Positions 62,317 through 64,000 of a DNA stretch of 64,000 nt are shown here, one piece after another. The stretch comes from Ginglymostoma cirratum. Its lineage: Eukaryota. The position numbers and the translations under genes are program-made. Below the pieces are notes generated by a model that was not told the DNA's origin, did no database searches, and worked only from the letters and a program-made list of their open reading frames with translations. Location of the stretch: the NCBI GenBank assembly GCA_024137785.1, contig JAHRHZ010000078.1, positions 20,003,462-20,067,461 on the forward strand. Reading direction: 5' to 3'. Within the stretch, counting starts at the first letter, position 1, and each line of letters opens with the position of its first letter.

Positions 62317-62642
62317 TCAGCATCCTTCCCGTTGACTGACTGTCAACTAAGACAGGAAATAAAATTTTGAAGGAAACCAGAAATTCGTAAGACTGAAAGC
62401 AGTGTCCTTTAGGAAAGCTACAGGATAGCTTTGCAAAATGGTGAACAGCCTGATGCCTCACCATCACCCAAAAACAGATACTGTTAAGATCTCTCTAAGA
62501 GACCACCTACTTGCTTCTGAAGAAAGGAATCCCAACAACACCAATGGAAAGACAACGGCTGGACAAGATTTCATCTTTTAAAATCTTACTGTAACAAAAC
62601 ACTAAAATGAACTCTCTTCAGACAATAATTAAAAGTAGAAGG

Positions 62643-63639
62643 TGTTACGAAGTTGTGTACAGTAATCGTGAATTGGAAGGCAGGAAGCTAGAAGTTGTTT
62701 GCAAGAAGATGATAAATGGAGAAGAGTGCATGGTTCCTTTCAGACGTAAAGTGCATTTCTAAGCTTAGAGATTTATACAGACAAAAACATGTGTCTGTAT
62801 GTAGCTGAAGATGTACAGACAGTTCTGAAATTGAAACATGTAAAAACTGGCTGTGTGATTGGAAACCTTCAGCTTGTTTTGACATTTTGGCAACTAGCTG
62901 GAATCAGCCAATTAATTTAAAGCACTTAGCGATTGAAAGCCAACTGAGTTTAAATCTGAGGGTTTTCAGAACCTCGGACTAATGCTACTGCAAGAAAATT
63001 GATATGCCATCCAAGGTATATTAGGAGAAGATTTCTGAAAAATCGGAGTGAGAGCGAACTGCCATCTGAGAAATAAGCATTTAGCTCTCACAAGAAACTG
63101 CGAAGCTCTCTAAGAAAGCAACATCTATCCATAAAAAGTACCATGGCACTTCTAGCTAAGAGTCCTCACAGAAGACTGCACAGAGAAGACATCCCTGACA
63201 GCTGGATCAGCGGAAGAAAGGCGCTTATAACTTGAGGAGCAGAAGAAAGGCGTGTAGACTTTGAGAGACTAAGTTTTAATTTATTTTCTTATTATTTGGG
63301 TGGGACTTGCGTTTATTGGAACATAATAGCAGGAGAATTTAGTTCAGTTAGGTAATAGTTATAGTTGGGGGGGGGGAATTGTTTGGTTTGTTAGTAATTC
63401 TGTTAATTTTTTCATTCTTAGGGTTAAATAAATAAATTGTTATTTGTTACTTATAAAGTAAATATCAGGGATCTTCTTTCATTTAACCTCCCCTTTTTGA
63501 CAGATTATAAAGACCAGGCGAGCTTCTCCGAGTGTTTCGGGTTTAATCGTTAGAAGGGAACCTCTACTCCAGCCATAACAGATTAGAGGCTTGTGTTTCG
63601 GTTTAATTATCAGAGGAGTCTGAACTTCTCTCCATAACA
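62643..63639 (+). mobile_element. Solo LTR (about 1 kb)
   Basis: TGTTACG...CATAACA termini, AATAAA near 63431, flanks AAGG and AAGT. Confidence 0.6.
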
Positions 63640-64000
63640 AAGTATACTGCAAAGAGGTAAATTTCACCTTAAATAGCCAATACAAAGATACGCCTCAAGC
63701 AATTACAAGAACTTGCATTACTTCCCACCCACGTGTAGTTCCACGACTCTGCGTTTTCCCAACTCGGCCTCCACTATAGAGGAATTCCAGTTCCCACTCT
63801 GTCATTTTCGTGTTTCAGTTCCAGTCATCGACAGACGTGTTCTATCAGACATCCCTGGATTACTTAATAAGGATATGGCACATGTCTATCAACACTCTCT
63901 TACATTCAGGTCACAACAGTTCTACTGCCAGAGAATCCCAGATACCTAATTTGTGAACCTTTTTAAATGGTCTGAAGGGCTCTGGCAACATAAAAAACAG

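Overview
Vertebrate genomic DNA. The repeat content (V-domain HE1-type SINEs, Deu-type SINEs, dense CR1 LINEs, Penelope-derived repeats) points to a shark or other elasmobranch. The only host coding sequence I can support is one 101-nt minus-strand exon (6218-6318, ...GIQSFVQELFQAQYR) of a USP31/USP43-family deubiquitinase. Its neighbouring exons were not found, so the window appears to be almost all intron, with more than 57 kb on the upstream side. The rest is decayed mobile DNA: CR1 and other LINE fragments, several SINE families, a Gypsy pol relic, two solo LTRs, a hAT transposase relic, a Tigger-like MITE and a tRNA-Gly pseudogene. The most notable pattern is about 15 short Penelope-like (PLE) pseudo-LTR insertions from several subfamilies, plus one 1.5-kb inverted GIY-YIG PLE remnant. 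They carry intact or decayed minimal hammerhead ribozyme cores (CTGAnGA-stem-GAAA-NN-TH) with covarying stems, many have 11-15 bp target-site duplications, and they recur as back-to-back inverted or tandem pairs. Both 400-N gaps lie inside such hairpins. Also noted are a candidate recursive splice site and a diverged local duplication of about 1 kb. Repeat boundaries are approximate and family names come from recognition by eye, not from database searches.
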